This document shows positions 46,184 to 56,745 of a DNA stretch of 64,000 nucleotides, in pieces (position 1 is the stretch's first letter; each line of letters begins with the position of its first letter). This stretch comes from Bacteroidota bacterium (GTDB lineage: Bacteria > Bacteroidota > Bacteroidia > Flavobacteriales > BACL11): positions 64,450 to 128,449 of the forward strand of contig JAOOLD010000001.1 in the NCBI GenBank assembly GCA_028408365.1, written 5' to 3'. Made by a program: the position numbers and the translations under genes. The notes below the pieces were generated by a model. The model was given only the letters and a program-made list of their open reading frames with translations. It was not told the DNA's origin and did not search any database.

Positions 46184-48715
46184 ATGTTAAGATTTTTATT
46201 GCTTTCTATATCTCTGTTTTTTACACAAGGTTTATATGCTCAGATTTGGGAAGATAATCTAAGAAAAACAAATGCTTCCCCATCAATTGAAGATAAAGTA
46301 AATGCTTTCAATAAGTACAGAGAAAGCATTCCTTATGAAAAAGGGAATGGATATAAGCCTTATGCTAGAGAGATAGATTTTGTTGAGAAAAGAGTTTCAA
46401 ATGATAGACCATTTCCTCATTTAGCTCTTTACAATGAGTGGGTCAAAGAAAAAGGTAAAAGCGAGAAAGCAAGCAATTCAAACTGGAAGCCACTAGGCCC
46501 AACAAACGTTCCAATAATTTTATCCAACGGAAAAAATCGCGGTGTTGGCAGAATTAATGCAATTGCTTTTGACCCGTATGATCAAAATATTATTTACGTG
46601 GGTTCTCCAGGTGGTGGATTTTGGAAATCAATTGATGGAGGGGCTAATTGGTTGACAACAAGTGATGACTTACCAGTCCTTGGCGTTTCTTCAATTGCTG
46701 TTGACCCAATCAATACAGATATAATTTATATAGCAACTGGTGATGCAAATGCTTCAGACACATACAGCATAGGAGTTTTGAAATCTATCGACCAAGGAGA
46801 CACGTGGAGTACAACAGGCCTAAGTTATAATGTAAGTGCTAACAAGAGAGTCAACAAAATATTGATCAACCCCAATAACACAGATAGTGTTTTTGCTGCA
46901 ACAAACACAAACATAATGTTAAGCGTTGATGGCGGCATAAGTTGGAATAATTGTGCTCCCTTGGGTAGATGGAGAGATATAGAGTTTATGCCAGGCAATC
47001 CCAATATTATTTACGCAGCTAAACAATCAAGTGGCGGTTCAAACGTGTACAGATCCTTGGACGGTGGTGGCAACTGGTCTGTAATTAATAATGGCGTTGC
47101 TTCTTCGGGAAAATATAGGCCGCTAATTGCTGTTACACCAATTAATCCTAACGTAATTTATGCACTTTATTCAGCTTCTGATTATAGTTTTCATGGAATT
47201 TATAAATCTATTGATGGAGGAAATAATTGGAATCTACAATCTAATTCACCAAATATACTTGGAAGAGATACTGACGGTACAGGAACAGGAGGTCAGTCTT
47301 GGTATGATCTAAGTTTAGGTGTTTCGAATAATAATGAAAACCATTTATTTGTTGGTGGAATAAACTTATGGGAAAGTACTGATGGAGGTGCAAATTGGAC
47401 TATTGAAGCATCGAGCGGAAATGGCAATTATGCATATATGCATGTTGATCAGCATTGTCTAGAATTTCATCCAATAACTAATGTGCCTTATGCTGGAAAT
47501 GATGGTGGTTTGTACAAGTATTTAGATAATTTAAATAACTGGATAGATATTAGCGATGGACTAGAAATATCACAATTTTACAAGCTAGGGCTTTCTGAAT
47601 CAAATGCAAGTAGATTAATCGCAGGTGCGCAGGATAATGGAACTGAGATGCTAACAAATGGGGTGTGGGATGCGGTTAGAGGTGCAGACGGAATGGAATG
47701 TGCTATTGATCCTTATGATGAAGATTTGTTATATTCTTCATCTCAATATGGAGGATTAAGAAAATCATTTAATGGCGGAAATAATTGGGACAACATTAAA
47801 CCTGTTTCGTATGACGGCGCATGGGTTACTCCTTACAAAATACATCCAAACAATAATAATATGATTGTTGCTGGTTATGATGAGGTTTACTTGTCTCTTA
47901 CTTCTGGTGCAGTTTGGGACTCTATCTCATACAATGTTAGTGGAGGACAATCAGTTAGAACAATAGCTCTAGCTCCCTCTAACGAAGATTATATTTACGC
48001 TGCAACCTATTCTAGATTAATGAAGACAATAAACAGCGGTCAGTCTTGGACTAGCATAAAACCAGGGCTACCTAATTATAATATCTCAGACGTTACAGTA
48101 AGCGATAACGACCCCGATAGGCTTTGGGTTACTATGTCGGAATATAATGCATCTAATAAAGTTTTTGAGTCTAGCAATGGAGGTGCAACTTGGACAAATA
48201 TAACAGGTGCTAATCTTCCCAACCTTCCTGTTAACTGTATTGTTTATCAAGCCAATGCAAATGAAGATCTTTATATTGGCACAGATATTGGTGTATATCA
48301 TAAAGATAATACTATGAGCGATTGGGTGCCATATAAGAACGGACTCCCTAGCGTTGTTATCAATGAGCTTGAAATACATTACCCCACCAACAGAATTAGA
48401 GCTGCAACTTTTGGTAGAGGTGTTTGGGATAGCCCCTTAAACTCAAGCTCTACGTATACAAACTCTGAAATAGTTAATAATTTAAATATTTACCCAAATC
48501 CAGCCAGCAATCAATTATTCGTTAAATTAAAATCAAGTGATTTAATTCATTTTGAAATTAGAAGTATTTCTGGAAAAATTATAAAAGAGGGGAGCCTTGT
48601 TTCTAGTAACCATATAGATGTAAGCAGAATTAACTCGGGTACTTATATTATTAAAATTAGAGTAGGCAACTCAGTATATCGTCAAAAAATCAGCATTACT
48701 CAAAACTCAAGATAG
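46184..48715 (+). CDS. BNR/Asp-box repeat beta-propeller protein with T9SS type-A C-terminal domain
   Basis: 843 aa from ATG 46184 with signal peptide MLRFLLLSISLFFTQGLYAQ. It has about nine SxDxGxxW-type boxes (SIDGGANW, SIDQGDTW, SVDGGISW, SLDGGGNW, SIDGGNNW, STDGGANW and others). The C-terminal domain is LNIYPNPASNQLFV...GTYIIKI. Confidence 0.8.
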   Translation: MLRFLLLSISLFFTQGLYAQIWEDNLRKTNASPSIEDKVNAFNKYRESIPYEKGNGYKPYAREIDFVEKRVSNDRPFPHLALYNEWVKEKGKSEKASNSNWKPLGPTNVPIILSNGKNRGVGRINAIAFDPYDQNIIYVGSPGGGFWKSIDGGANWLTTSDDLPVLGVSSIAVDPINTDIIYIATGDANASDTYSIGVLKSIDQGDTWSTTGLSYNVSANKRVNKILINPNNTDSVFAATNTNIMLSVDGGISWNNCAPLGRWRDIEFMPGNPNIIYAAKQSSGGSNVYRSLDGGGNWSVINNGVASSGKYRPLIAVTPINPNVIYALYSASDYSFHGIYKSIDGGNNWNLQSNSPNILGRDTDGTGTGGQSWYDLSLGVSNNNENHLFVGGINLWESTDGGANWTIEASSGNGNYAYMHVDQHCLEFHPITNVPYAGNDGGLYKYLDNLNNWIDISDGLEISQFYKLGLSESNASRLIAGAQDNGTEMLTNGVWDAVRGADGMECAIDPYDEDLLYSSSQYGGLRKSFNGGNNWDNIKPVSYDGAWVTPYKIHPNNNNMIVAGYDEVYLSLTSGAVWDSISYNVSGGQSVRTIALAPSNEDYIYAATYSRLMKTINSGQSWTSIKPGLPNYNISDVTVSDNDPDRLWVTMSEYNASNKVFESSNGGATWTNITGANLPNLPVNCIVYQANANEDLYIGTDIGVYHKDNTMSDWVPYKNGLPSVVINELEIHYPTNRIRAATFGRGVWDSPLNSSSTYTNSEIVNNLNIYPNPASNQLFVKLKSSDLIHFEIRSISGKIIKEGSLVSSNHIDVSRINSGTYIIKIRVGNSVYRQKISITQNSR

Positions 48716-49577
48716 CCTCCATTTTTTTTATATAGCTACGCTTATCCTTATTTGGTGCAAAAATAATACCAAAAGTTATAATCTCTAATTCATTGTAGTT
48801 GCTAATGATAATCGGTCCACCCATAAATCCTTTATTAAGCTTCCACAAGCCTCTATAAAACCCTTTATAAAGAACTGGTTCGTACATATTCTCAATCTTG
48901 ACATGCGAACCTAATTTACCCCCTTTTAATAATCTTTCAGATAATGAGTCTGTTAACATATACAATTGATTTTTTGAAAGGACGGTTTTTTCAGGTTTAA
49001 AGAATACTATGTGTTGTATGAGTTCACTGTTTGACTTATTATCTGTGATAATTGTAACTTTATCTCCATCATATGCTTTTATAAAATTATTGGTAATAAT
49101 AAATTGCTTGCCATACTTTAGACTCAAAAGTTCTGAAAGTTTAGTATTTCTATTGCCTCGATTAATGGCCTTGTAAGATTTTAGCTCTTGTAAATAAAAG
49201 TCATCAAAAATCTCATTAATTTTTTGATTAAAATTTATATCGTTGTAGTCAAGATACCACACTATTTGATTTTTTGACCAAATATTATTCATCTTTTTTG
49301 TCTGATACTTGTCTGTAAAAATGATTATATTTTTGTGTCTTCTTATGATGCTTTTAAAATTAGACTCTTTTACATTTAAAAGTTTGAAATGGGGCTCAAA
49401 TCTAGTTAAGCCATAAATCTCACTTGAAAATAATTTTTCAAGTTTTTCTATTTGCTCATTATTTGCCGTGCTAGCATTTGAAACAATAACAATTTCACTT
49501 GAATGACCAGTAGAATCTAATTTAATAGACTCTGTTGAACAAGCAAATAAAAAAATTAATATAATTAGTATTCTCAC
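48696..49577 (-). CDS. Lipoprotein of unknown function (possibly DUF4837 family)
   Basis: 293 aa with the lipobox LIFLFACS. ATGA-type overlap with the upstream transglycosylase gene. The family guess is from memory only. Confidence 0.6.
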   Translation of the reverse strand: MRILIILIFLFACSTESIKLDSTGHSSEIVIVSNASTANNEQIEKLEKLFSSEIYGLTRFEPHFKLLNVKESNFKSIIRRHKNIIIFTDKYQTKKMNNIWSKNQIVWYLDYNDINFNQKINEIFDDFYLQELKSYKAINRGNRNTKLSELLSLKYGKQFIITNNFIKAYDGDKVTIITDNKSNSELIQHIVFFKPEKTVLSKNQLYMLTDSLSERLLKGGKLGSHVKIENMYEPVLYKGFYRGLWKLNKGFMGGPIIISNYNELEIITFGIIFAPNKDKRSYIKKMEAILSFE

Positions 49578-50866
49578 GTTTGAGGTATAATTATTTCCAT
49601 GCCTGGCTTTAAATTATCAGAATCAAGGTTATTCATCTCTTTTAACTTCCATATTGACAAACCATCATACCTACTTGCTATTCCCCAAAGAGTATCTCCT
49701 GGCTGAACTTTATATACATGAAGATTCCTGGATTGATTGTCAACTTGATTAGAATTATTTTTTACATATATGACTAACCTATCATTTATATCAATAAGTG
49801 ATGTTCTAAGATTGTTCCACTTCTTAATTTCATAAACTTTAACTCCAAAATACCTTGCAATCTTTCCTAAATAATCTCCATCTTTAACAAAATATTCGAC
49901 ACGTTGCTCATCTATTAATATTTCTTTTTTTTCAACTGAAGCAATAAAATTAATGCATACTTCCTCATTTTGCAAATAATCTTCAACTGCAAAGCTTGGT
50001 AAGATTATTCTATTATTATTGGGCACAATGTTTGACTTATACTGAGGATTCAGAAATACAAGCTCATCATTGGTAACACATAACATTTCTCTGATACATG
50101 AATAACTTACCTGATCATTTAATGTCAGCGTATCTAATTCTTTTAATCTCAAATCGATAGTATCTTTAATTATAGCATGTTCGTTATAAAAACTCATAAT
50201 ATAATTCATTGCTATAAAAGTCGGAACATAATTTCTTGTTTCTGTTCTTAGATAAGGTCTTAAACTCCAAAAGTCCTGCGTTCCTGTTTTATTAATTTTT
50301 CTTTTAATATAACCTGGCCCTCCGTTGTAGGCGGCTAAAACTAGATTCCAATCTCCAAACATATCATAAAGTTTTTGAAAATAAATACATGCAGCCTCAG
50401 TGGATTTATAAGGGTCTTGTCTTTCGTCTAGATAAGATGTTACTTTTAAATCATATTCTTTGCCAGTTGTATACATAAACTGCCACAAACCAACTGCTCC
50501 AGATTTAGATCTGGCTTTGGGGTTGAGTGCTGACTCAACAATAGACAAATATTTAAGTTCAAGAGGTAGATCATATTTATCTAAACATTGTTCAAAAATT
50601 GGGAAGTAGTACTCGCAAAGATTTAACATTCTTGATATTAATCTACTATTTTTATTTATATAATTTTTAATGAAAGAATCTACATGTTCATTGTATTTTA
50701 AATCCATTGGAGATTGATTGTTCAAATGATTTAACCTTTTTAAAAAAACATTTGCATCACACATTTGTGTTTGGATTGAATCTTTTTCTTTTTTAAAACA
50801 CACACCATAACTTCTTGTGCTTAAAAAAATAAAAAAAACCAGTAAGCATCTTATATAAATATGCAT
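49574..50866 (-). CDS. Membrane-bound lytic murein transglycosylase (MltD-like, SLT domain plus two LysM)
   Basis: 430 aa with the SLT catalytic block LSIVESALNPKARSKSGAVGLWQFM. The two C-terminal LysM repeats are YFVKDGDYLGKIARYFGV and YKVQPGDTLWGIASRYDG. Confidence 0.88.
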   Translation of the reverse strand: MHIYIRCLLVFFIFLSTRSYGVCFKKEKDSIQTQMCDANVFLKRLNHLNNQSPMDLKYNEHVDSFIKNYINKNSRLISRMLNLCEYYFPIFEQCLDKYDLPLELKYLSIVESALNPKARSKSGAVGLWQFMYTTGKEYDLKVTSYLDERQDPYKSTEAACIYFQKLYDMFGDWNLVLAAYNGGPGYIKRKINKTGTQDFWSLRPYLRTETRNYVPTFIAMNYIMSFYNEHAIIKDTIDLRLKELDTLTLNDQVSYSCIREMLCVTNDELVFLNPQYKSNIVPNNNRIILPSFAVEDYLQNEEVCINFIASVEKKEILIDEQRVEYFVKDGDYLGKIARYFGVKVYEIKKWNNLRTSLIDINDRLVIYVKNNSNQVDNQSRNLHVYKVQPGDTLWGIASRYDGLSIWKLKEMNNLDSDNLKPGMEIIIPQT

Positions 50867-50984
50867 TTTACAAAATTCTTAATTACTTTTAGGGATTTAC
50901 AAATTAAATCATGCAATTATCAACTTATTATTGTTGATTATGACAACAAATACAAGAGTTAATGTTTTTTGATTAGTGTGAAAA

Positions 50985-52319
50985 TTATTTTACGGTTTCG
51001 TTAATAATTTTGCCTGATAGCCTGTAAAGATTGAGTTCTGCTATTTTCGCCTTAAATAATGATTGGTTTAATCTATTTTTTGAAATACTTAAATCAACTT
51101 GAGCTAATCTAAAATCACTTCTGCTTAATTGACCTTGAAAAAACTGATTTTTTGCTCTCTGAAAAAATCTTTCAGACGCTTCATTATTTCTTTTTTCAAT
51201 TTCAATTAACTTAATATTATTTTCATATTGTTGGTAGGTAACATTGAATTCTTTTTGAATCTCTTTTTTAATAGCTTCTAATTTTAATTCATTTGACTCA
51301 ATTTCTATTTGTGTATTTTGAGCAATTCTTTTTCTTGCCATAGCATCAAACATATCCCATGATAAATTTACAAATCCTGTTAGTCCGACATTTGATTGAT
51401 CTAAAATTATACTAGTATTGCTTTCGTTTTGATTGTAACCGTATTGAGCAGAAACACTTACTCTAGGAAAAATTGAGGTATTATTAATTTTTTTATCTTT
51501 TCTAGCAATCTCAATCAAATATTGATGAAATAAAATGTTATTGTTGTTTTGGCTTGTTAGATCTAATAACTCACTGTAATTTAAAGCCTTATTAATTTCA
51601 ACATAGCTTTCAACTTCATAATCTGTACTTAAGTCTCTATTAAGTATTTGATTCAGCCTTTCTTTTGCCGCTTTTAATTCATGGTCTGAGCTCATAACAT
51701 TTACGCTGTCTTTGTTTAAATCTATTTCAGCAGCTAGCAAATCTAATTTTGATGCATTTCCAAACTCGTTCTGAATCTTAACTCTAGAATACCTTTCTTT
51801 AGAAACTTCTAATAATTCATATAATATTTTATTTTCTTCTTGTAAATAAGCAATATCATAGTACTGTTTAGCAGTATTTAACAGTACTTGCTCCATTTTC
51901 ATGAGTAGTTCTGTAGATTTTAAATCACTTTGTTTTTTTAATTTTTGGTATGTATATATCGATGCTAGGCCTCCAAACAAACTGTAGCTGATTTCTACAT
52001 TTCCGTTTATACTTTTTGATTCTGAATCAGCATCATTAATTTCAGGGAAGTCTTCTGTTGCAAATTCAATGCTAGAGCTACCTGTATTTCCAGATGCCGC
52101 ACCATTAACTTTAATTTTAGGTAGAACTCCTAAAACACCTACTTTTTCATAATTTTTTACCTGGTCTAACTCTGTAATTTTTATTTTAATATCAATGTTT
52201 TCCTCAATTGTTATTGCTAAAATTTTCTCCAAACTTATTGAGTTCTGAGCATCAACAGCTCCAAAGATGGAAAGCAAAATAAATGTCCACATGGCCTTTA
52301 ATTTATTAAATGTTTTCAT
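50985..52319 (-). CDS. TolC-family outer-membrane efflux protein
   Basis: 444 aa from ATG 52319 with signal peptide MKTFNKLKAMWTFILLSIFGAVDAQ. It has two OEP-type coiled-coil repeats and overlaps the RND pump gene by 14 nt. Confidence 0.85.
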   Translation of the reverse strand: MKTFNKLKAMWTFILLSIFGAVDAQNSISLEKILAITIEENIDIKIKITELDQVKNYEKVGVLGVLPKIKVNGAASGNTGSSSIEFATEDFPEINDADSESKSINGNVEISYSLFGGLASIYTYQKLKKQSDLKSTELLMKMEQVLLNTAKQYYDIAYLQEENKILYELLEVSKERYSRVKIQNEFGNASKLDLLAAEIDLNKDSVNVMSSDHELKAAKERLNQILNRDLSTDYEVESYVEINKALNYSELLDLTSQNNNNILFHQYLIEIARKDKKINNTSIFPRVSVSAQYGYNQNESNTSIILDQSNVGLTGFVNLSWDMFDAMARKRIAQNTQIEIESNELKLEAIKKEIQKEFNVTYQQYENNIKLIEIEKRNNEASERFFQRAKNQFFQGQLSRSDFRLAQVDLSISKNRLNQSLFKAKIAELNLYRLSGKIINETVK

Positions 52320-55300
52320 ACTCCATTTCTTTAATTGCGGGCTCTCTAAGCTCACTATTGAGGCTTTTACCGGTGAAAATCCATTCTTTAGTATATCTAA
52401 TTTTATTAACGACCTTTAAAAATGCAGGTAGGAAAACAAGTGTCAATAACGTTGCTAAAACAAGTCCATATGCAATAGCTATTGCCATTGGAATTAAAAA
52501 TTGAGCTTGTAATTGCTTTTCAAAAATTAATGGAGCAAGTCCAACAATTGTTGTTATCGAAGTTAAAATAATTGGTCTAAACCTGGACATACCAGTAGCT
52601 GTTAGTGCATCCTCAAACTTTAAACCATCTTTTAGGTTTTTATTAAACTTACTTATAAAGACAAGTGAGTCATTAACCAATATTCCAATTAATGCAATCA
52701 TACCGAAATATGAAAACATTGAAAGCTGAAAGTCATGAATAAAATGTCCCCAGCCTACGCCAATAAAGCCAAATGGAATAAGAACAAAAACAGCAAATGT
52801 TTGTAATATACTCCTAAAAGTAAATAATACAATAGTGAGCATTAATATTAGCACAATTGGTCCAGAAAATTTTAATGAGTTGCCTGTCTCTGCTTGTGAC
52901 CTGATTTGCCCCTCAACTGAGTGTTTAATAGACGGATAAATCGTTTTAATATTTGAGTTAATAAAGTCCTCTAAACTTGAGGCAATAGCAATAGGGTTAT
53001 CTATTTTTGGGTTTAAAAGGTCAGCATCAATTTGCACTGATCTTTTTCCGTCTAGATGATCAATACTGAGTAAATCTCTTTCGATTTTAATATCAACTAA
53101 ATCTCCAACAAGATAATTATTTCCCATTATTTTTATTCTCATATTTTCAAGATCATATATTGAATTTCTGTCTTGATTATCATATCTAATCCATATTTTG
53201 ACTTCATCCGTTCCAATTTGTAATCTTTGTGACTCAAAACCGTAAAAACCATTTCTTACTTGACTTAAAATTTGAGCTGTTGACAAATTCATTTGATAAG
53301 CTTTATTTTTGAGTCTTAGCTTTAATTCCTTCAACCCCTTTTGATCACTACTTTCGATATTTTTCATCATATTTAAGCTAATCATATAGTCTTTTAATAT
53401 TTTAACAGCACTTAGCAGTTCACTATTATTTTGGGAGTAAAGAGCTATACTAATAGGTCGTCCAAATGGAGATTCAATATCAAATGAAAGTGATTCGGCA
53501 CCTGGAATTTCACCGACAGCTTCTTTAAAATACTTGGTTATTTCAGAAGTTCCTATCGATCTTTCTTCAGATGGGATTAATAGTACATTTAAATAACTTT
53601 TTTCAGAGCTTTGTGCGGTTGATAGTGTCCATTGATCAGCCGCTTGATTGTTTCCATATGTTTTTTCTATAGCTCTAATTAGTGAGTTACCATTGTTAAA
53701 CTCACCGCTTATTTTATTATTGACATCTAAAATTTTATTTTCAACATAATTAATCCATTTTATAGATTTTTCTTCACTTGAGCCTGGCTCAAACTTTAAA
53801 TTCACTAAAATACTTTCTCCTTCAATATTTGGAAAAACTGTTGATTTGATCAAGCCTGCACTCATTGCACTAACAGTAATAATCAGTGAACAGACAAATA
53901 TTAAAATTACCGTTAATGGATTTTTTAAAGTAAACCTCAATAATGGAGCATAAAACTTATTCTTTATAATATCAAGTGTTTCAGTGGTTTTATTTATTAT
54001 CTTTTTTAATCTGTAATGAGGCTCAACTCCCATTAACGCTTTTGAATGAGCAATGTGAGTTGGTAGTATAATAATTCCTTCAATTAAAGAAAAAATTAAC
54101 GTTCCAATTACAACAAAACCCATTTCAGGAAAAAAATCACCAAGTATTCCTTCTAACATAAAAAACAATGAAAAAGCTACAATAGTTGTTAAAATTGCTG
54201 AAGTAACAGCTGGTAACACCTCCAAAGTTCCATTAATTGCAGCACTTATTCTATCTTCCCCTTTTTCAAATCTTTGATAGATATTTTCTCCAATAATTAT
54301 ACCGTCATCGACCAAAATACCTATCACAATTATCATTCCAAATAATGAAATAACATTTAAGGTAACACCATATAAAGAGGCAAGGATAAACATTCCCGAA
54401 AAAGAAATAGGAATAGCTACAGCAACCCATCCCGCTAGACTAGGGTGTAAAAATAGAGTTAAAACTAAAAGAACTAGAACAAATCCAATAACTCCATTTT
54501 TTGTAAGAAGTGCGATTCTTTGTTCAATAATAACTGAGTTGTCAACAATTATATCTGCTTTTATATTTTTATTAATATTATTGAAGTTTTGAAGATAAGA
54601 TCTAGCTTTTGAAGCAACTATTGTAATATCTTCACTATTTGTGTTAAAAACATTGATAACTACGCCTGGTATATTATTGTAGAACTTTCTGTTAGGTATA
54701 TCCTGCCAAATTCTTTTAACAGTTGCTACATCTTTAATTTTTATTATTCTCTCGTTTATTTTTTTTATAACTATTTCTGAAATTTCATTCGCAGTGTATT
54801 TTTTATTATTACTTCTGATTTTAAAATTTTCATCTTTACTTTTTATAGTTCCACCAGTAATATCAATGTTTTCAGAACTAATCGCATTGTTTATGTCTTG
54901 AAATGATAATCCATATTTTTTAATGTCATTTTCTCTGACAGAGATTTCTATTTCTTCACTTGGATATCCAGAGATTCTCACCTTAGAAATTCCTTTCATA
55001 GCTTTTAAATCGTCTTCTATTTCCTCAGCTGTTTTTTTGAGTTGGTTCAAGGACACATCTCCGTTTATTGCAAATGAAATAGCTGGGTTGAGGTCTTCCA
55101 TTAAAGATATCGAGGGAGATTCCATATCATCAGGAAAAGAATTAATCCTGTCAATAGCATTTTTAATATCTTGAACTACCAATTGATTATTAACATCATT
55201 CTCTATTTCAACAATAATAGTACTAGTGTTTTCTAATGACTTAGATGTTATTTTTTTTATTCCTGTAATCCCATCTATATTATCCTCTATTTTAAGTGTT

Positions 55301-55491
55301 ACCATCTGTTCAATTTCTAGAGGTGAGGCTCCTGGTAATACTGAGTTGACAAAAATTATTTTTGCTGACCTCTCAGGAAAGAAAGTTTTTCTCAAATTGA
55401 ATAAACTCATCGATCCAAATATTATAATAAGAACCATAATAACATTTGCTGATACTGGATACTTGACAAAATATTTAACAAGATCTCTCAT
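52306..55491 (-). CDS. RND efflux transporter (AcrB/AcrD/AcrF family)
   Basis: 1061 aa with 12-TM architecture and two large periplasmic loops. The TM4 region reads GMIIVIGILVDDGIIIGENI and the pseudo-repeat reads GMIALIGILVNDSLVFI. Confidence 0.93.
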   Translation of the reverse strand: MRDLVKYFVKYPVSANVIMVLIIIFGSMSLFNLRKTFFPERSAKIIFVNSVLPGASPLEIEQMVTLKIEDNIDGITGIKKITSKSLENTSTIIVEIENDVNNQLVVQDIKNAIDRINSFPDDMESPSISLMEDLNPAISFAINGDVSLNQLKKTAEEIEDDLKAMKGISKVRISGYPSEEIEISVRENDIKKYGLSFQDINNAISSENIDITGGTIKSKDENFKIRSNNKKYTANEISEIVIKKINERIIKIKDVATVKRIWQDIPNRKFYNNIPGVVINVFNTNSEDITIVASKARSYLQNFNNINKNIKADIIVDNSVIIEQRIALLTKNGVIGFVLVLLVLTLFLHPSLAGWVAVAIPISFSGMFILASLYGVTLNVISLFGMIIVIGILVDDGIIIGENIYQRFEKGEDRISAAINGTLEVLPAVTSAILTTIVAFSLFFMLEGILGDFFPEMGFVVIGTLIFSLIEGIIILPTHIAHSKALMGVEPHYRLKKIINKTTETLDIIKNKFYAPLLRFTLKNPLTVILIFVCSLIITVSAMSAGLIKSTVFPNIEGESILVNLKFEPGSSEEKSIKWINYVENKILDVNNKISGEFNNGNSLIRAIEKTYGNNQAADQWTLSTAQSSEKSYLNVLLIPSEERSIGTSEITKYFKEAVGEIPGAESLSFDIESPFGRPISIALYSQNNSELLSAVKILKDYMISLNMMKNIESSDQKGLKELKLRLKNKAYQMNLSTAQILSQVRNGFYGFESQRLQIGTDEVKIWIRYDNQDRNSIYDLENMRIKIMGNNYLVGDLVDIKIERDLLSIDHLDGKRSVQIDADLLNPKIDNPIAIASSLEDFINSNIKTIYPSIKHSVEGQIRSQAETGNSLKFSGPIVLILMLTIVLFTFRSILQTFAVFVLIPFGFIGVGWGHFIHDFQLSMFSYFGMIALIGILVNDSLVFISKFNKNLKDGLKFEDALTATGMSRFRPIILTSITTIVGLAPLIFEKQLQAQFLIPMAIAIAYGLVLATLLTLVFLPAFLKVVNKIRYTKEWIFTGKSLNSELREPAIKEMEYENI

Positions 55492-55492
55492 T

Positions 55493-56596
55493 CTAATTTT
55501 TATGTCTTATTTCCATGCCGTCATAAGCATCTTTTATTGACTCATTTAAAATTAAATCATTGTTTTTTAAACCTCTGATGATAGCATTTTCCTCAAACAC
55601 TTGTACAATCTCAATTTTCTTTGAAACCAATTTATTATCCAAAACCACATAAATTTGGTTTTTATCAATTAAATTCCTTTTAACTAAAAATGTGTTTTCA
55701 GCCTCACCAACAATTATTTCACCAAAAACATACATCCCGTTATATAAGTCATTATCAGTACTCTCAATGAATACACTCATGTTTTGAGAATTTGCATTTA
55801 TTGTTTTATTTATTCTTGAGACATATCCTAATCTTTCACCTTGAAACTCGTCACTTTTTAGTAAAACTTTCGCTTTATTTTTCACAAGCAAGGTGTTTTT
55901 AATTGATGTACTTGATTCAAACTCTAAAGTTTTAGGACTGTGATACTTAGCAATTTTTTGACCGAATACAATTGCTGTTCCGTTTTTGATAGAGACCTCA
56001 CTTAAACAGCCACTAAATTCAGAAATAAATAAATGCTTCTTTAGCCTATCCTCTGTTGCTTTAGCATTAAAATATGTGTTGAAGAAATTTTTTCCTGATA
56101 GGTAATTCTTAAGTTTTTTATTTTCTATGTTTGGTAGTTGAGGTAAAGGAGAATTAAATCTGATTTCCTGCATAAAATCATACCATAAATTATAAGACGC
56201 TGGAAAATCAAACTTTATTTCTGAAACTATTTTTGAAACTTGATTTAACAAGCTACTTTTTTGACTATTTAAACTACTTTCTATTTCTTCAAATTTTACA
56301 AACCCTAAGGTGTCTCCTTTAGAAAAATTGACTCCTGATTTAAAGTTTGTACTGTAAAATATACCGTTAACCTCTGAAACTATATTTATTTCATTGCTCG
56401 AAGACAGCTTTCCATACACGGGTACCGTTATTTTATTGCTTTCTAATTTTACATTTTTTACACTTACTAATCTTGTAGATTCTGTTAATTTATTTATGCT
56501 TGTATCTTTTTTAAAGCTCATTATAAGCTTTACGAAAAGAAATGATGCAAAAATTATTACTACAGCTCTTATGGTTTTTCTTTTTGTTTCACTCAT
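55493..56596 (-). CDS. Efflux RND periplasmic adaptor (membrane fusion protein, HlyD family)
   Basis: 367 aa with an N-terminal anchor and a lipoyl/beta-barrel-like organisation. It lies immediately upstream of the RND pump with a 1-nt gap. Confidence 0.8.
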   Translation of the reverse strand: MSETKRKTIRAVVIIFASFLFVKLIMSFKKDTSINKLTESTRLVSVKNVKLESNKITVPVYGKLSSSNEINIVSEVNGIFYSTNFKSGVNFSKGDTLGFVKFEEIESSLNSQKSSLLNQVSKIVSEIKFDFPASYNLWYDFMQEIRFNSPLPQLPNIENKKLKNYLSGKNFFNTYFNAKATEDRLKKHLFISEFSGCLSEVSIKNGTAIVFGQKIAKYHSPKTLEFESSTSIKNTLLVKNKAKVLLKSDEFQGERLGYVSRINKTINANSQNMSVFIESTDNDLYNGMYVFGEIIVGEAENTFLVKRNLIDKNQIYVVLDNKLVSKKIEIVQVFEENAIIRGLKNNDLILNESIKDAYDGMEIRHKN

Positions 56597-56638
56597 ATTT
56601 TGGTTTTATATTGGTGCTAAGCCTATTTTTAGGGTTTG

Positions 56639-56646
56639 CAAATTTA
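56639..56646 (-). promoter_or_regulatory. -7 promoter box TAAATTTG (minus strand), 42 nt upstream of the RND operon start (56596)
   Basis: The plus strand reads CAAATTTA, whose reverse complement is TAAATTTG. It is the only consensus match I saw upstream of the MFP gene. Confidence 0.3.
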
Positions 56647-56722
56647 CTTTATTTATTTGTTATAGTAATTGATGCAATAACTTTGAGAGTCATAAAGCTT
56701 ATAAAATCTGTGAATAAAGCGT

Positions 56723-56730
56723 TATCTTTG
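56723..56730 (+). promoter_or_regulatory. -7 promoter box TATCTTTG, 15 nt upstream of dxs ATG 56746
   Basis: Exact consensus match in the divergent intergenic region between the MFP gene and dxs. Confidence 0.35.
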
Positions 56731-56745
56731 TATAATTATTTTAAC

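Noticed and set aside
48277-48292. A sigma-54-like -24/-12 element, TGGCAC-N5-TTGGT. I looked for one because rpoN is in the window.
   Set aside because: The -12 element is TTGG rather than TTGC. The site is inside the BNR CDS and no downstream plus-strand gene exists. The other TGGCAC hits I checked lacked any -12 GC.
50919-50938. A hairpin, ATCAAC-N8-GTTGAT, between the TolC stop and the transglycosylase start. It could be the RND operon terminator.
   Set aside because: The stem is only 6 bp and AT-rich, and no U-run follows on the minus strand.
56635-56642. An 8-bp palindrome, TTTGCAAA, overlapping the putative RND-operon -7 box. It could be a repressor operator.
   Set aside because: It is short, does not extend as a palindrome, and no adjacent TetR/MarR-type regulator gene is present.
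56542-56745. N-terminal extensions in the ORF track: dxs from 56542, the BNR protein from 46100, CapK-like from 32005, TolC from 52355, the formyltransferase from 25527, the coiled-coil protein from 2587 and asnS from 58649.
   Set aside because: The extensions overlap the preceding gene or encode implausible sequence. Internal ATG (or TTG) starts give canonical N-termini or signal peptides and tight gene junctions, so I used the shorter coordinates.
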